DNA of 64,000 nucleotides from Desulfurococcales archaeon (lineage in GTDB: Archaea > Thermoproteota > Thermoprotei_A > Sulfolobales > Desulfurococcaceae). Under the pieces are notes generated by a model that was given only the letters and a program-made list of their open reading frames with translations, searched no databases and was not told the DNA's origin. The DNA lies in contig WAPN01000016.1 in NCBI GenBank assembly GCA_015520735.1, positions 12,785 through 76,784 of the forward strand, written 5' to 3'. Positions 9,492 to 18,871 of this stretch are shown in pieces. Position 1 is the first letter of the stretch. Each line of letters starts with the position of its first letter. Both the position numbers and the translations under genes were made by a program.

Positions 9492-10982
9492 ATGAGCCAA
9501 AATACTGTGACCGCTGATAGAAAAGAAAAGATAGCGATCACTATATTGCTCATCATAGTGTTGGCTGTTGCAGCCTATAATTTTTATTCATTAGATCAAA
9601 AGCTCACATCTGAAGAAATTAGCAGAGGTGGCAAAGGATACGTTTCTGACGAGGTTTGGTATGTTTCGAGTGCTAGGAATATTCTAGAAAAAGTGTTTCA
9701 TGCCCTACCAAGATTCTATGGAGAGCCAGGTGCATCTATTATATACATCGCGCCAGCAAATATGTCGGCTATTTATGATGGAGCTAAACTATATAATGTT
9801 GAAATAGTAGATACGAGCTATAACAAAATTAACGCATTCTATGTGCAGGCACCAACAATAAGCTGTATAGAAAAATATGTTTCTTATTTGAAGAATAACG
9901 GAGTTCATATTACCGATGTTGTTTATGGATGGCGTATACCGGATGCCGCGAATATTAATATTTACATGAACTACGAACACCCGCCACTCGTGAAATATTT
10001 AATAGCTTTGTCAATGACAATATTTGGAGATTACCCGCTTTTCTGGAGAATACCTAGCATTATAGCTGGTTTGCTCGTCATCCTCTTCACGTATTTGGTA
10101 ATGAAAAACCTCACCAAAAATGAGTGGTTAGCTCTTGGCGTATCTGCTGCTTTGCTTCTCGATCCTATCCTTCGCGCTATGTCGAGCATTGCTATGCTTG
10201 ACATATTCGTAGCACTAGCAACCGTTATAGCCGTGTACTTTGCCTCTAAGAAGAGATACAAGCTGGCAATAATAACTGGTGTTCTCGGCTCCATTGTTAA
10301 GTTTAGCGTATTGTTTGTGATGATACCTATATCGATCCTATATGTAAGGGAAGCGGTCAAAAAGGATCGGAGATTTTCGACTCTCGTATATTCAGCTATC
10401 GAGGTTATGCTTATTAGCATCGTACTGTTCCTACTGTTTCAGATCACTATCTCACTGCCGCTAATTATGTACACAGGTTTTTCATCATGGTTTCAACAAT
10501 CAATAACCGGGGCTATATCTTGGCATCTATCCATAAAATGTAGTGGGCCCAATTGTCCAGTGTCTTCCACGCCTATAGATTGGTTTCTTGGTGTAAATTC
10601 GTTTGTACTATATTATTTTGAAAACAACAGAGCACTACTAGCACAGACACTGTGGCCTGCATGGGCGTTATCATTGGTAATGTTTGCTCTCCTACTACCG
10701 GCGTATAGGAAACACCGCGGATTTGCCACGAGTTCGTTATTTTTATTTGGCGTGCTTGCAGGCTACGTTTTAGATTATGTTCTTGGCGGAAAAACACAGT
10801 ATAGCTTCTACGCGGTTCAACTTGTTCCCTACGTTTACATGGTTCTAGGCTTCTCGTTGTTCGATATAATGGTTTCAAAAGAGCGCTTTAAACAAATACT
10901 GAGAGACTGGTATGCTATACTTAGTAAGATGTGGAATATAATACTTGATATCCTGGTGATCAGGCATGGATACGAGGAATGA
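9492..10982 (+). CDS. GT-C fold glycosyltransferase, family 39 (PMT/ArnT-like) membrane protein
   Basis: Multi-TM protein with the loop motif YEHPPLVKYLIAL, characteristic of dolichyl/undecaprenyl-phosphate-sugar-dependent PMT/ArnT-type transferases. Confidence 0.6.
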   Translation: MSQNTVTADRKEKIAITILLIIVLAVAAYNFYSLDQKLTSEEISRGGKGYVSDEVWYVSSARNILEKVFHALPRFYGEPGASIIYIAPANMSAIYDGAKLYNVEIVDTSYNKINAFYVQAPTISCIEKYVSYLKNNGVHITDVVYGWRIPDAANINIYMNYEHPPLVKYLIALSMTIFGDYPLFWRIPSIIAGLLVILFTYLVMKNLTKNEWLALGVSAALLLDPILRAMSSIAMLDIFVALATVIAVYFASKKRYKLAIITGVLGSIVKFSVLFVMIPISILYVREAVKKDRRFSTLVYSAIEVMLISIVLFLLFQITISLPLIMYTGFSSWFQQSITGAISWHLSIKCSGPNCPVSSTPIDWFLGVNSFVLYYFENNRALLAQTLWPAWALSLVMFALLLPAYRKHRGFATSSLFLFGVLAGYVLDYVLGGKTQYSFYAVQLVPYVYMVLGFSLFDIMVSKERFKQILRDWYAILSKMWNIILDILVIRHGYEE

Positions 10983-11661
10983 CTACAGAATATTATTGCT
11001 AGAGAAAGCCGTCGATGAGCTCGCAATGCGAATAAAGAACTGGAATTTACCTTTTCCCATTAATAAAGGAAAGCTGGAGGATTTGGTAAAGCAAGCTAGA
11101 AATACCGTCTACAGGATAAAGTACTCTTACTTGCCAGCAAAAATTCTAATGAAATCGCCTGAGATCGGTGAATTGGAGAAGCTTGGAAAACATATATGTG
11201 AAGAACTCTTCAAAAATTATGTTGCCATGAGATCGCAGGTTAGGCTCACTACTAAACAAAAACTAATTATCGCTGAGATTAAATACTGTCTTTGGATGAT
11301 CATGGGTTTTCGTCGAAGATTAAGATATGGTGATGAGAATCTTCCCGAATATGCTGTAGATGTTATTGGCGTCGAGGTATTATCAGTACAAAAGCATCCT
11401 TCCGCCAGCAATCTTAAAGTACTGAAGGCTGGAACTGAGAGATTTGGATTCATAATTGTTACAAATATAAGAAATATTAAAGCGAGTGAGGTACGGGCTG
11501 TTGCTATCCTTCCTCCTCGGGAGTTCATGGGAATAATAAGTGAGGCCATGATAGTATCCGGTGAGCTAGATAATAATATGAAGGGAAAATTCGTGCCCTA
11601 TTCTATTATCAACTTGAATGAGTTGAGATCCGAAGTCATAGAGCTCCTCGAGAGTCATTAG
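10966..11661 (+). CDS. Protein with a C-terminal tRNA-binding OB domain (Trbp111/CsaA/EMAP-II type) and an unknown N-terminal domain
   Basis: VIGVEVLSVQKHPSASNLKVLKAG...IVTNIRNIKASEVRAVAILPPREFMGIISEAMIV follows the V..V.KHP.A..L.V..vd...iV....N....G......P....G..S.GM pattern of tRNA-binding domains. The first ~125 aa match no domain I recognise. Confidence 0.5.
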   Translation: MDTRNDYRILLLEKAVDELAMRIKNWNLPFPINKGKLEDLVKQARNTVYRIKYSYLPAKILMKSPEIGELEKLGKHICEELFKNYVAMRSQVRLTTKQKLIIAEIKYCLWMIMGFRRRLRYGDENLPEYAVDVIGVEVLSVQKHPSASNLKVLKAGTERFGFIIVTNIRNIKASEVRAVAILPPREFMGIISEAMIVSGELDNNMKGKFVPYSIINLNELRSEVIELLESH

Positions 11662-11712
11662 TTTGGGGGTTTTTAAATTTTTATGCTAGCATTCTTTTAA
11701 CGGTGAAAAGAT

Positions 11713-11898
11713 ATGGCTGGAAGCATTGCAAGGATGAGATTAATTACTGTTAAAATGCCTGAGATATATGTTGAGGGATTAGACGAACTAGTAAAGATTG
11801 GACGGTATAGTAGTAGGAGCGAAGTAATAAGAGTAGCTGTCCGCGATCTCCTTAAGAAAGAATTATGGATACAGGAGGCAGAACTTAGAGTCCAGTAA
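11713..11898 (+). CDS. Ribbon-helix-helix (CopG/Arc-type) DNA-binding protein
   Basis: [40 protein letters not shown] fits the beta-strand plus two-helix RHH pattern. The real start may be an internal Met (M8 or M15). Confidence 0.6.
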   Translation: MAGSIARMRLITVKMPEIYVEGLDELVKIGRYSSRSEVIRVAVRDLLKKELWIQEAELRVQ

Positions 11899-11904
11899 CG
11901 GTTT

Positions 11905-12375
11905 TTAGGAGATAGTTGATTTGACGGATTTTCTAGCCTTTTCTATTAATAACCTATATAGTGGCTCATCTAGTTCAAGAACTCTAAAACTTAATGGAGG
12001 CATGAAACCCGGGAAAATCCTGCGTAGCTCGTTAAGTGTAATTGGGTAGTCATACAGTTTAGGATCAACGACCTCAAGCGCCATGGCGGCACGAGAGCCT
12101 GATATATAGCTATAATCATCTCTTCCCAACCCTGTCTGTGTAAATTCATTTAACTTACGCCAAACAGCGTTTGAATCCCCAAATATGACTTTACCAACTG
12201 TAAACTCGCCAATTATTGCTCTTACACTCCCGCTGGCATACACTATAATTGTGGAACCGGGCTCTGGTTTGAGGCCAAACCATTTCCTCAGCTCAAACTT
12301 CTTTATGCCTGCAAATATTCTATAGGCGTATCTAGGCCTAATACTCATCAAATATACTCTCTTTTCTTCCTCCAA
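11905..12375 (-). CDS. ASCH-domain (PUA-like fold) protein
   Basis: MSIRPRYAYRIFAGIKKFELRK ... IIVYASGSVRAIIGEFTV resembles the ASCH beta-barrel N-terminal signature. The assignment comes from pattern memory only. Confidence 0.5.
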   Translation of the reverse strand: MEEEKRVYLMSIRPRYAYRIFAGIKKFELRKWFGLKPEPGSTIIVYASGSVRAIIGEFTVGKVIFGDSNAVWRKLNEFTQTGLGRDDYSYISGSRAAMALEVVDPKLYDYPITLNELRRIFPGFMPPLSFRVLELDEPLYRLLIEKARKSVKSTIS

Positions 12376-12435
12376 TCAAATCACCCAGTCTTCTCTACTT
12401 TTAAAACGGATTATATACATCTAGTATAATTCTAG

Positions 12436-13263
12436 ATGAAGAGGGTTGGTATTACTGAGGAAAGGATGATGACTGACGCCAGGACGGATAGTCTCAGTTA
12501 TGGAGATATAGTCTCAATATATATTGACGAGAAGAGAACCTTCGTCATACGATTGGTCAGAGGCGGTATTCTAGGCACTGACAAGGGCTTTATTAAACAT
12601 GAACATATCGTTGGTAAGAGTTTTGGAGAAATAGTATATACTAGTAGAGGAGCGAAGGCATACATCATGCCCCCTATTCTAATTGATAAACTTAGACTTC
12701 TTAAGAGAACGACTCAAGTCATTTATCCTAAAGACTTGTCGTTCATGATATATTTATCCGGAATACGTCCGGGCTCACGCGTTCTCGAGGCAGGTGTTGG
12801 AACAGGTTTTCTGACCATAAGTCTTGCTAATTTTGTTGGCCCCAATGGTAGGATATACGGTTTTGATCTAAACGAGGGAAGGATTAGGATCCTAGGGGAG
12901 GCAATGGAGATTCTAGGCTATAAAGATCGTGTAGTTTTAAAAGTAGGCGATATAAGGAAGCCCTTGGATTTGCGTGGTCTAGATGCTGTTTTTCTCGACA
13001 TACCGGATCCATGGAATGCTTTACAAACAATCTATGAAGTATTAAAGCCTGGTTTTCCGGTAATAATGTACGTTCCCACGGTCAATCAGTTGGAAAAGAC
13101 TGTTATTGCTCTTCGGGAGCATCGGGGATTCTTATCAGTTCATGCATATGAGCTATTGCTTAGAGAATATGATGTGTCCAAGGGCGCGACCCGTCCCCAG
13201 ACATTAATGATAGGTCATACTGGATACATAGTTTATGCAAGAAAAGTGTGTTGTGAAAAATAA
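12436..13263 (+). CDS. trmI: tRNA (adenine-N1)-methyltransferase TrmI (m1A57/58; Gcd14 family)
   Basis: SAM motif I VLEAGVGTGFLT, DAVFLDIPDPW, and an N-terminal beta-domain typical of TrmI/Gcd14. Confidence 0.8.
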   Translation: MKRVGITEERMMTDARTDSLSYGDIVSIYIDEKRTFVIRLVRGGILGTDKGFIKHEHIVGKSFGEIVYTSRGAKAYIMPPILIDKLRLLKRTTQVIYPKDLSFMIYLSGIRPGSRVLEAGVGTGFLTISLANFVGPNGRIYGFDLNEGRIRILGEAMEILGYKDRVVLKVGDIRKPLDLRGLDAVFLDIPDPWNALQTIYEVLKPGFPVIMYVPTVNQLEKTVIALREHRGFLSVHAYELLLREYDVSKGATRPQTLMIGHTGYIVYARKVCCEK

Positions 13264-13275
13264 AGCTCTTCGGTG

Positions 13276-13599
13276 CTAGGCTGAGCCTTCGTATTCTTTG
13301 GCTCTTTTGACAATTGTTTCTAAGGCTTTCTCATAATCTGGCTGTAATGCCTCGTTTAACGGTAGCTGTGATAGAAGAACACGTATACTGCCGTCATCAA
13401 ATTCTGCTAATAGCTGTGGAACCCAAGCCATACCGTATTCGTCAGTGTCGCCGTGTTCGATTAGGTAGACGTAATCTTCGTATTTCACTTCAACTTGGGC
13501 ACCTAGTCTTCTGGCGGCTTCTTCTGCAATTTTTGTCCAAAGACTATGATATGGATGATGCGTTGCTGTTACCAGTACTAGTTTCTTTATTCTAGGCAT
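13276..13599 (-). CDS. Small thioredoxin-fold-like protein lacking the CxxC cysteines
   Basis: 107 aa. The beta-alpha-beta start KKLVLVTATHHPYHSLWTKIAEEAARRLG and a VPQLL (cis-Pro-like) segment suggest a Trx-like fold. THHPYH sits where CxxC normally is. Confidence 0.35.
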   Translation of the reverse strand: MPRIKKLVLVTATHHPYHSLWTKIAEEAARRLGAQVEVKYEDYVYLIEHGDTDEYGMAWVPQLLAEFDDGSIRVLLSQLPLNEALQPDYEKALETIVKRAKEYEGSA

Positions 13600-13652
13600 C
13601 CTTACACCTTATTTCATTATTTTCTTAGATAGAATTTGAAGAGATAGCTACA

Positions 13653-14162
13653 TTATATTATTTCCGCTAAATCTGTTGATATGAGTAAATCTATTATTAT
13701 TGGAATACTTGATGCAAGGTAGGGGACTCTACTCAGACTCAGCGATTCTATTCCTGGTGAAATCTCACGTATTCTATTGAGAAGACTATAGGGGATATCG
13801 CTATGAATCCCTGAGAGAAACAATATTTTGTCATAACTCTTGCCTATGGATGTAAGCCAGGGGCGAAAATAATGAATATTTAGTGGAGCATTTTCAGTTA
13901 GATGAATTATATATGTGTCTTCGATTATTTTCTGCAGAAAGACCTCGATCGAAACTTTCTCATCAAGGCACTTGTGTTGTTTATTTTTGCATACAACAAG
14001 ATGTATGGAGTTTTTTCGAGGGTAAACTATGATTAGATTGTCTAGTATTGCTGTATGTTTGAACGAATTGATGATTCTGGGTATAATATCGTATCTGGTA
14101 AAATCGGGTTTTGTCTCAATAAAAGCGATGTTATATTGGCTGGGGCTTTGGTTTTCTCTCAT
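13653..14162 (-). CDS. Hypothetical protein, possibly a SPOUT-class (TrmY/DUF358-like) methyltransferase
   Basis: The C-terminal ILFLSGIHSDIP...SLSLSRVPYLASSIPIIIDLLIS resembles the trefoil-knot end of DUF358/TrmY proteins (..SLG...YLAShcI.i....L). The 5' end overlaps the S26e gene by 32 nt. Confidence 0.3.
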   Translation of the reverse strand: MRENQSPSQYNIAFIETKPDFTRYDIIPRIINSFKHTAILDNLIIVYPRKNSIHLVVCKNKQHKCLDEKVSIEVFLQKIIEDTYIIHLTENAPLNIHYFRPWLTSIGKSYDKILFLSGIHSDIPYSLLNRIREISPGIESLSLSRVPYLASSIPIIIDLLISTDLAEII

Positions 14163-14433
14163 GCTCTGGTCTGACCTTTACTATTCCTAGGTGTACTGCA
14201 CATGATACACAATAGCATTTGGTTACAGGGTATCTCATAATAATGGCGCCTTTTTTCTCTAATTCTCTGGCTAGCTGTGGATTGACTGGACTATACCATC
14301 TTGTAACGCATATAGCTTTATCTTTTGGTATGAGTCTTCCACAGTTGTCACATTGTATGTACTCGACTCGGCCTTTGGAACCCTTATGTCTTCCTCGGCT
14401 CTCCCTCTTCTTAGGCATTATATCTCTCCTCAT
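14131..14433 (-). CDS. rps26e: 30S ribosomal protein S26e
   Basis: KRESRGRHKGSKGRVEYIQCDNCGRLIPKDKAI ... CYCVSCAVH is the eS26 zinc-ribbon signature. Confidence 0.9.
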   Translation of the reverse strand: MRRDIMPKKRESRGRHKGSKGRVEYIQCDNCGRLIPKDKAICVTRWYSPVNPQLARELEKKGAIIMRYPVTKCYCVSCAVHLGIVKVRPEHERKPKPQPI

Positions 14434-14506
14434 GTAATTTTAGTGCTGATAATGGATAATCAGAGAAGGGCAATATAAGTTATTATGTTTAAAATATTAG
14501 TGATGC

Positions 14507-17083
14507 TTATTTGAAAAAGGATAGCGGGCTGAGCCTCATAACACCTATGATGTCCTCCCAACTAACACCTAGGGCTCCTAGAAGCTGGCTTAGAGCACCA
14601 TTAATAATTTCTATGTATTTATCAGGATCGATCTCATATAGTCGGGTGAGTTGAACAGCTTTATATCCATCTCTGGATTTTACCTTGACAAAGATTATTA
14701 GGTCACCGGGAGCCACATTTATTCCGTGGCGTTTCAATTGTAGTGCGGCCTTAACATGTGGGGGTTTATTCTTAGTATAGTTCTCTACAGGCTTTGTTAA
14801 TCCTACCTTGAATGCAAGCTCGTTTAGCATGACTTCTTTCTTTCGGAGTTTTCTATAGAGTGTTTTCACCTGGTTTTCAAGCCATTCTTTTAATTCGACA
14901 AAATCCTCAGGGTTTTCTGCCTGTTTTAACCTCTCAGTCAATTCTGTGAATAGTTTCTTAAGGAATTCCGGTGTGTTTCTCTTTTTAGCCACCATCCCCT
15001 TGATCTCTATGCCTCCTTCAACATATCTACCGATGTAATTCTTCTTAAGACCTGAGAAAAGCGCGTATTTGAAGATCTTATCCACATCTATTTCTAGGCC
15101 TAGATTTCTTGAGACCCACTCCTGTAGTTTAGCCAACTGCTCAGGAGTAGGATCCCATAGGAATATAGAGTCTGTGTCACCGTATAGAACCTTGACACCT
15201 ATTTCGGCCGCCTTTCTTAATATGGCGTATAGGGATCTCCTACCCAATGCTGTAACACTCTCAGCCATTGATGGAGAATAGAGAGGAAATGTTGATGCTC
15301 CGAATACACCGTAGCTAGCATTTATGAATACTTTCATAGCTCGTTGAACAACGTCATACCAGGTCCTTTGGTCTTCTGGTATGTTCTTACTTTTAGCTCT
15401 CTTTTTATAGAGTCCTACACGGAAATCTCTCAGCAGGCCGGTTATCTGTGCAGTTAAGCCTGGACGACTTATGCAGACGAAGTGTATCTTCTTTCCCGTC
15501 TCATCTATAACGGGGATTCGCTGATTTTCGGGGCATTTTTCGTAATCTACGGTCTCGTAGCTCAAATTGTATCTCTTTATTATGCTGGGATACAGCGATG
15601 CAACGTCAAGAACAGTTATATTGAAGAAGACCCCCTTCGGGGGCTCTATAACTAGCGCTCCAGCATATTTTTTGCCCTCGATTGTTGCTTGTGTTGCGCT
15701 CGATTTGCTATGTTTCTTTATGTCTTCTGGCTCTGGTATGAGATAGTTGAGTCTTCGGTGCTCCCAGTAGAACTGATTTTGGATCCATTTAGATATACTC
15801 TTTCGACATATATCTTCTATACTAGTTTTTGCAATACGAGCTAATAGAATCATGAGCCTCCATACAAGTTCTTTATTGAATAGTGTTAGTTGCAGCGTTA
15901 TTAGGGCGTCTCTAAAGTTGTATGCTATGAGCCTGCCGTAAGGGAGTTCTCCTATGTTTCCTTCGACCTCAAGCTTTGATATTCCTAGTAGTGCTGAGGC
16001 TATAGTGTCAAGGTTCTCCTCCTGATATTTTCCACCGAATGCATAGGATTTAATTGATCGATTCTTGAAGAACTTATATAGGTCCAAATGTATTGATGAC
16101 TCGATCTTTATCATGTCCTCATGAAATCTAAAAGGTAATAGTTCTTTTGGTATTCCGATCCTTAGGGCCCTATGATATAAGTAGTTTAGGTCGAAGTTAT
16201 CACCGTTAAATGTTACTATGATCGGATATGATGCGAGAACACGGATTGCCTCCATTATAAGAGCTTCTTCACTATCATAGAACTCTATTGTAGCGTCCAT
16301 GGGATATTCTTCAGGGATTTCTCCCCAGTGATGTTCTCGGGCAAGAAGTAGTACACGTTTGTATCCATCGTTTCCGACAAATGCAATACTAGTCACAGGA
16401 TACTCTGCTGCAACGGGATGTGGCACTCTTCCTCTAAACGGGGTATATACCTCGATGTCTACAGCAACTCTTCTCGCTTTTGGTGGTTTTTCCTCGAATA
16501 ATGGTAGCCATTGAAGGGCTAGCTTTCTTGTTTCTTCATCCTCCCCTCTGAATATGTTTTTAACAGTATTCACGACTTCTTGTGGTATCGTTGGTTTGAT
16601 TAAGTGGAACGGGTTTTTGGTATTAGTAGAGTTGACGCGATATCTCATACCGGGGATTAGTTGGTAGTCAAATACATAGTTCTCATGATATTTGATATGT
16701 GCCTCCCATGCTCGGGGCACTTTTCCTCTAAGCTTAGCAACACTAAGTGGATCTTTAGTTATTATCTTTGTTAATTGTGCTTCTTCATTAGTTAATGGAT
16801 TTATCTTAGTTATAGTCTCGATGGAATCGAAACCAGGGTGATTAATAATTTCTTTTATTTTACTCACTTCGTTAGGAGGTAGATCTGTGAGAAAGTATGG
16901 TTTATGTCCTGCAGGATCGGGTAAATACATGAGTTTTCCTCCATCAAGACTAATGAACTCAAGAACAGCTTTTCCTAGTTCACCATCATAAAACACGCCT
17001 AACAAATAAGCTGGTTCATCAAGCTTTTTAACCCTCCTATCTGGAACAAGACGATAAACATCTTTTATTTTATCGATTTTCAA
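14507..17083 (-). CDS. polB: Family B DNA polymerase (second paralogue; crenarchaeal PolB1/Dpo1-like)
   Basis: Exonuclease motifs VDIEVYT, FNGDNFDLNYL and YNFRDALIT. Polymerase motifs DVASLYPSII (A), KVFINASYGV (B) and YGDTDSIF (C). 858 aa, no intein. Confidence 0.9.
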   Translation of the reverse strand: MKIDKIKDVYRLVPDRRVKKLDEPAYLLGVFYDGELGKAVLEFISLDGGKLMYLPDPAGHKPYFLTDLPPNEVSKIKEIINHPGFDSIETITKINPLTNEEAQLTKIITKDPLSVAKLRGKVPRAWEAHIKYHENYVFDYQLIPGMRYRVNSTNTKNPFHLIKPTIPQEVVNTVKNIFRGEDEETRKLALQWLPLFEEKPPKARRVAVDIEVYTPFRGRVPHPVAAEYPVTSIAFVGNDGYKRVLLLAREHHWGEIPEEYPMDATIEFYDSEEALIMEAIRVLASYPIIVTFNGDNFDLNYLYHRALRIGIPKELLPFRFHEDMIKIESSIHLDLYKFFKNRSIKSYAFGGKYQEENLDTIASALLGISKLEVEGNIGELPYGRLIAYNFRDALITLQLTLFNKELVWRLMILLARIAKTSIEDICRKSISKWIQNQFYWEHRRLNYLIPEPEDIKKHSKSSATQATIEGKKYAGALVIEPPKGVFFNITVLDVASLYPSIIKRYNLSYETVDYEKCPENQRIPVIDETGKKIHFVCISRPGLTAQITGLLRDFRVGLYKKRAKSKNIPEDQRTWYDVVQRAMKVFINASYGVFGASTFPLYSPSMAESVTALGRRSLYAILRKAAEIGVKVLYGDTDSIFLWDPTPEQLAKLQEWVSRNLGLEIDVDKIFKYALFSGLKKNYIGRYVEGGIEIKGMVAKKRNTPEFLKKLFTELTERLKQAENPEDFVELKEWLENQVKTLYRKLRKKEVMLNELAFKVGLTKPVENYTKNKPPHVKAALQLKRHGINVAPGDLIIFVKVKSRDGYKAVQLTRLYEIDPDKYIEIINGALSQLLGALGVSWEDIIGVMRLSPLSFFK

Positions 17084-17090
17084 TGATTAT

Positions 17091-17456
17091 TTACCCCATG
17101 CCCTTTAGTTTCAATAATGCTTCAGCTATATCACCTTTCGTCTCAATGAGCGCTTTCCTTGCTTCTTCTTTGGAAACACCTGTTTGTGAAACAATGAATT
17201 CTATATCTTCGTCGTTGATTTCGATCTCTACTTCTTCCTCTAGCGACTCTTCGTGTAGACTGCCGCCTGTTATCTGAAATATATTTGTGCCTCTAGCAAA
17301 CATTTGGAGGACTTGGGGTGAGTCTATTACTATCTTTTTCGATGAGAGTATTATTTCAACTCTTTTTACATCTTCAAGCTCTCGTAGTTCTATCCCCATT
17401 CTTTTTAAGGCTCGTCTCAGTTCTCTTGGACTCATTCCCGGTAGCATCTTATACAC
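17091..17456 (-). CDS. nac: Nascent polypeptide-associated complex protein (archaeal NAC)
   Basis: NAC domain (VKRVEIILSSKKIVIDSPQV) plus a C-terminal UBA-like GVSKEEARKALIETKGDIAEALLKL. Confidence 0.85.
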   Translation of the reverse strand: MYKMLPGMSPRELRRALKRMGIELRELEDVKRVEIILSSKKIVIDSPQVLQMFARGTNIFQITGGSLHEESLEEEVEIEINDEDIEFIVSQTGVSKEEARKALIETKGDIAEALLKLKGMG

Positions 17457-17584
17457 CTATTGCTTCTATTCTTCTATTCTAATAACTAGCTGGTCTTAAA
17501 GGATATTATCCATAATTAAGGAGTGCATGCGAAGATACTATTAATAGTGGGATAGTTTGTAGTCTGTTACAATGGTGTTAAATC

Positions 17585-18862
17585 ATGGCAAAAATAAAGA
17601 TTCTTGGTGGAGGCGGCGAAGTCGGGAGAGCCGCTTACTTGGTTAGTGATCGGGGCCAAAATATCCTTCTTGATTATGGAGTTAATTTTGACGAGAACGA
17701 CAGGCCGCAGTTCCCGGGACATGTGAGACCTATAGATCTAACAGGTGTTGTTATCACACACGCTCATCTAGATCACATAGGGGCAGCCCCCCTTCTATAT
17801 ATTACTGGCCATCCACCAATAGTTATGACAAAACCAACTCTTGACATTGGTCGTTTACTTATCAGAGATTTTCTCAAGATAAATGCATTCTACATAGATT
17901 ATGATCTTGAGGAAGTTGAAAATATGAGTACAAAAACAATTGCTGTAGAATATGGTCAGGAGATAGAGCTTGGTGGGTTCAGAGTTCTACTAACGAGTGC
18001 GGGACACATACTTGGGAGTTCCATGGTGTATTTGGAGACCCCTTCAGGGCATAGAATCCTTTACACTGGTGATATCAATACTATTCAGACATGGACTTTG
18101 TCAAAAGCGGAATTATGGCCAATAAAGATAGATACTCTGATCATTGAGTCGACTTACGGTAGCACTAAGCACCCTCCTCGTCATGAAACCGAACATCGCT
18201 TGGCTGGCGCTATAGAAGAAGTGCTGGATTCTGGAGGGGTCGTCTTAATACCAGCATTTAGTGTTGGGAGAACACAGGAAGTCATGTGTCTTGTCCATGC
18301 AGAGGTTCCTGGGGCAGATATCTTCATAGATGGGATGAGTAGAGAGATCACTAGCATTTATTTAAGACATAAGACATACCTCCGCGACCCAGGTCTCTTC
18401 GAAAAAGTTGTTGAACATGTGAAGTTTGTCAGAGGATGGCAGGATAGGCGAAAGATCTGGCGTAGGCCAGCAGTGATTATTTCTTCTGCAGGGATGCTGA
18501 AGGGAGGCCCTAGTGTCTATTATTTGAAGAAAGTAGGTGATAACCCGAGTAACGCCGTATATTTAGTTAGCTATCAGGCCGTAGATAGTCCAGGCCATAA
18601 GCTTTTGGAGACGGGAGGCATAGATGAGTTCGGGATCGATAGGGTTAATGCCCGTGTAGAATGGTTTGACCTGTCTAGTCATGCTGGTAAGGATGGTTTG
18701 TTGGATGTCGTGAAACGATATAAGAATGTTGTCCAGAATATCATCATTATTCATGGGGAACCCGATTCATCTAGTAATCTCAAGAAAATAATTCATGAAG
18801 AAATAGGTAAGGATATTAGCGTATTTAGGCCATTGAACGGCGACGAGATAGTTCTCGATTAA
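17585..18862 (+). CDS. Metallo-beta-lactamase/beta-CASP ribonuclease (aCPSF2-like)
   Basis: MBL motif VITHAHLDHIGA, and beta-CASP-type later motifs (ESTYG, final HGEP). ~425 aa with no N-terminal KH domains, which fits the short aCPSF2 group. Confidence 0.7.
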   Translation: MAKIKILGGGGEVGRAAYLVSDRGQNILLDYGVNFDENDRPQFPGHVRPIDLTGVVITHAHLDHIGAAPLLYITGHPPIVMTKPTLDIGRLLIRDFLKINAFYIDYDLEEVENMSTKTIAVEYGQEIELGGFRVLLTSAGHILGSSMVYLETPSGHRILYTGDINTIQTWTLSKAELWPIKIDTLIIESTYGSTKHPPRHETEHRLAGAIEEVLDSGGVVLIPAFSVGRTQEVMCLVHAEVPGADIFIDGMSREITSIYLRHKTYLRDPGLFEKVVEHVKFVRGWQDRRKIWRRPAVIISSAGMLKGGPSVYYLKKVGDNPSNAVYLVSYQAVDSPGHKLLETGGIDEFGIDRVNARVEWFDLSSHAGKDGLLDVVKRYKNVVQNIIIIHGEPDSSSNLKKIIHEEIGKDISVFRPLNGDEIVLD

Positions 18863-18871
18863 AAACCTCGA

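Noticed and set aside
10430-10495. ATGATGA ... CTGA about 50 nt apart on the minus strand, resembling a C/D sRNA.
   Set aside because: It lies antisense inside the GT39-like coding region. No recognisable C' or D' boxes sit at the right spacing. One such hit in 64 kb is expected by chance.
11713-11898. The RHH protein (and the PIN protein at 42357-42764) as parts of toxin-antitoxin modules.
   Set aside because: The RHH gene has no adjacent toxin-like partner. The PIN protein is the conserved Fcf1/COG1412-type gene that always sits between aIF2-gamma and Rpo7, so it is not a VapC toxin.
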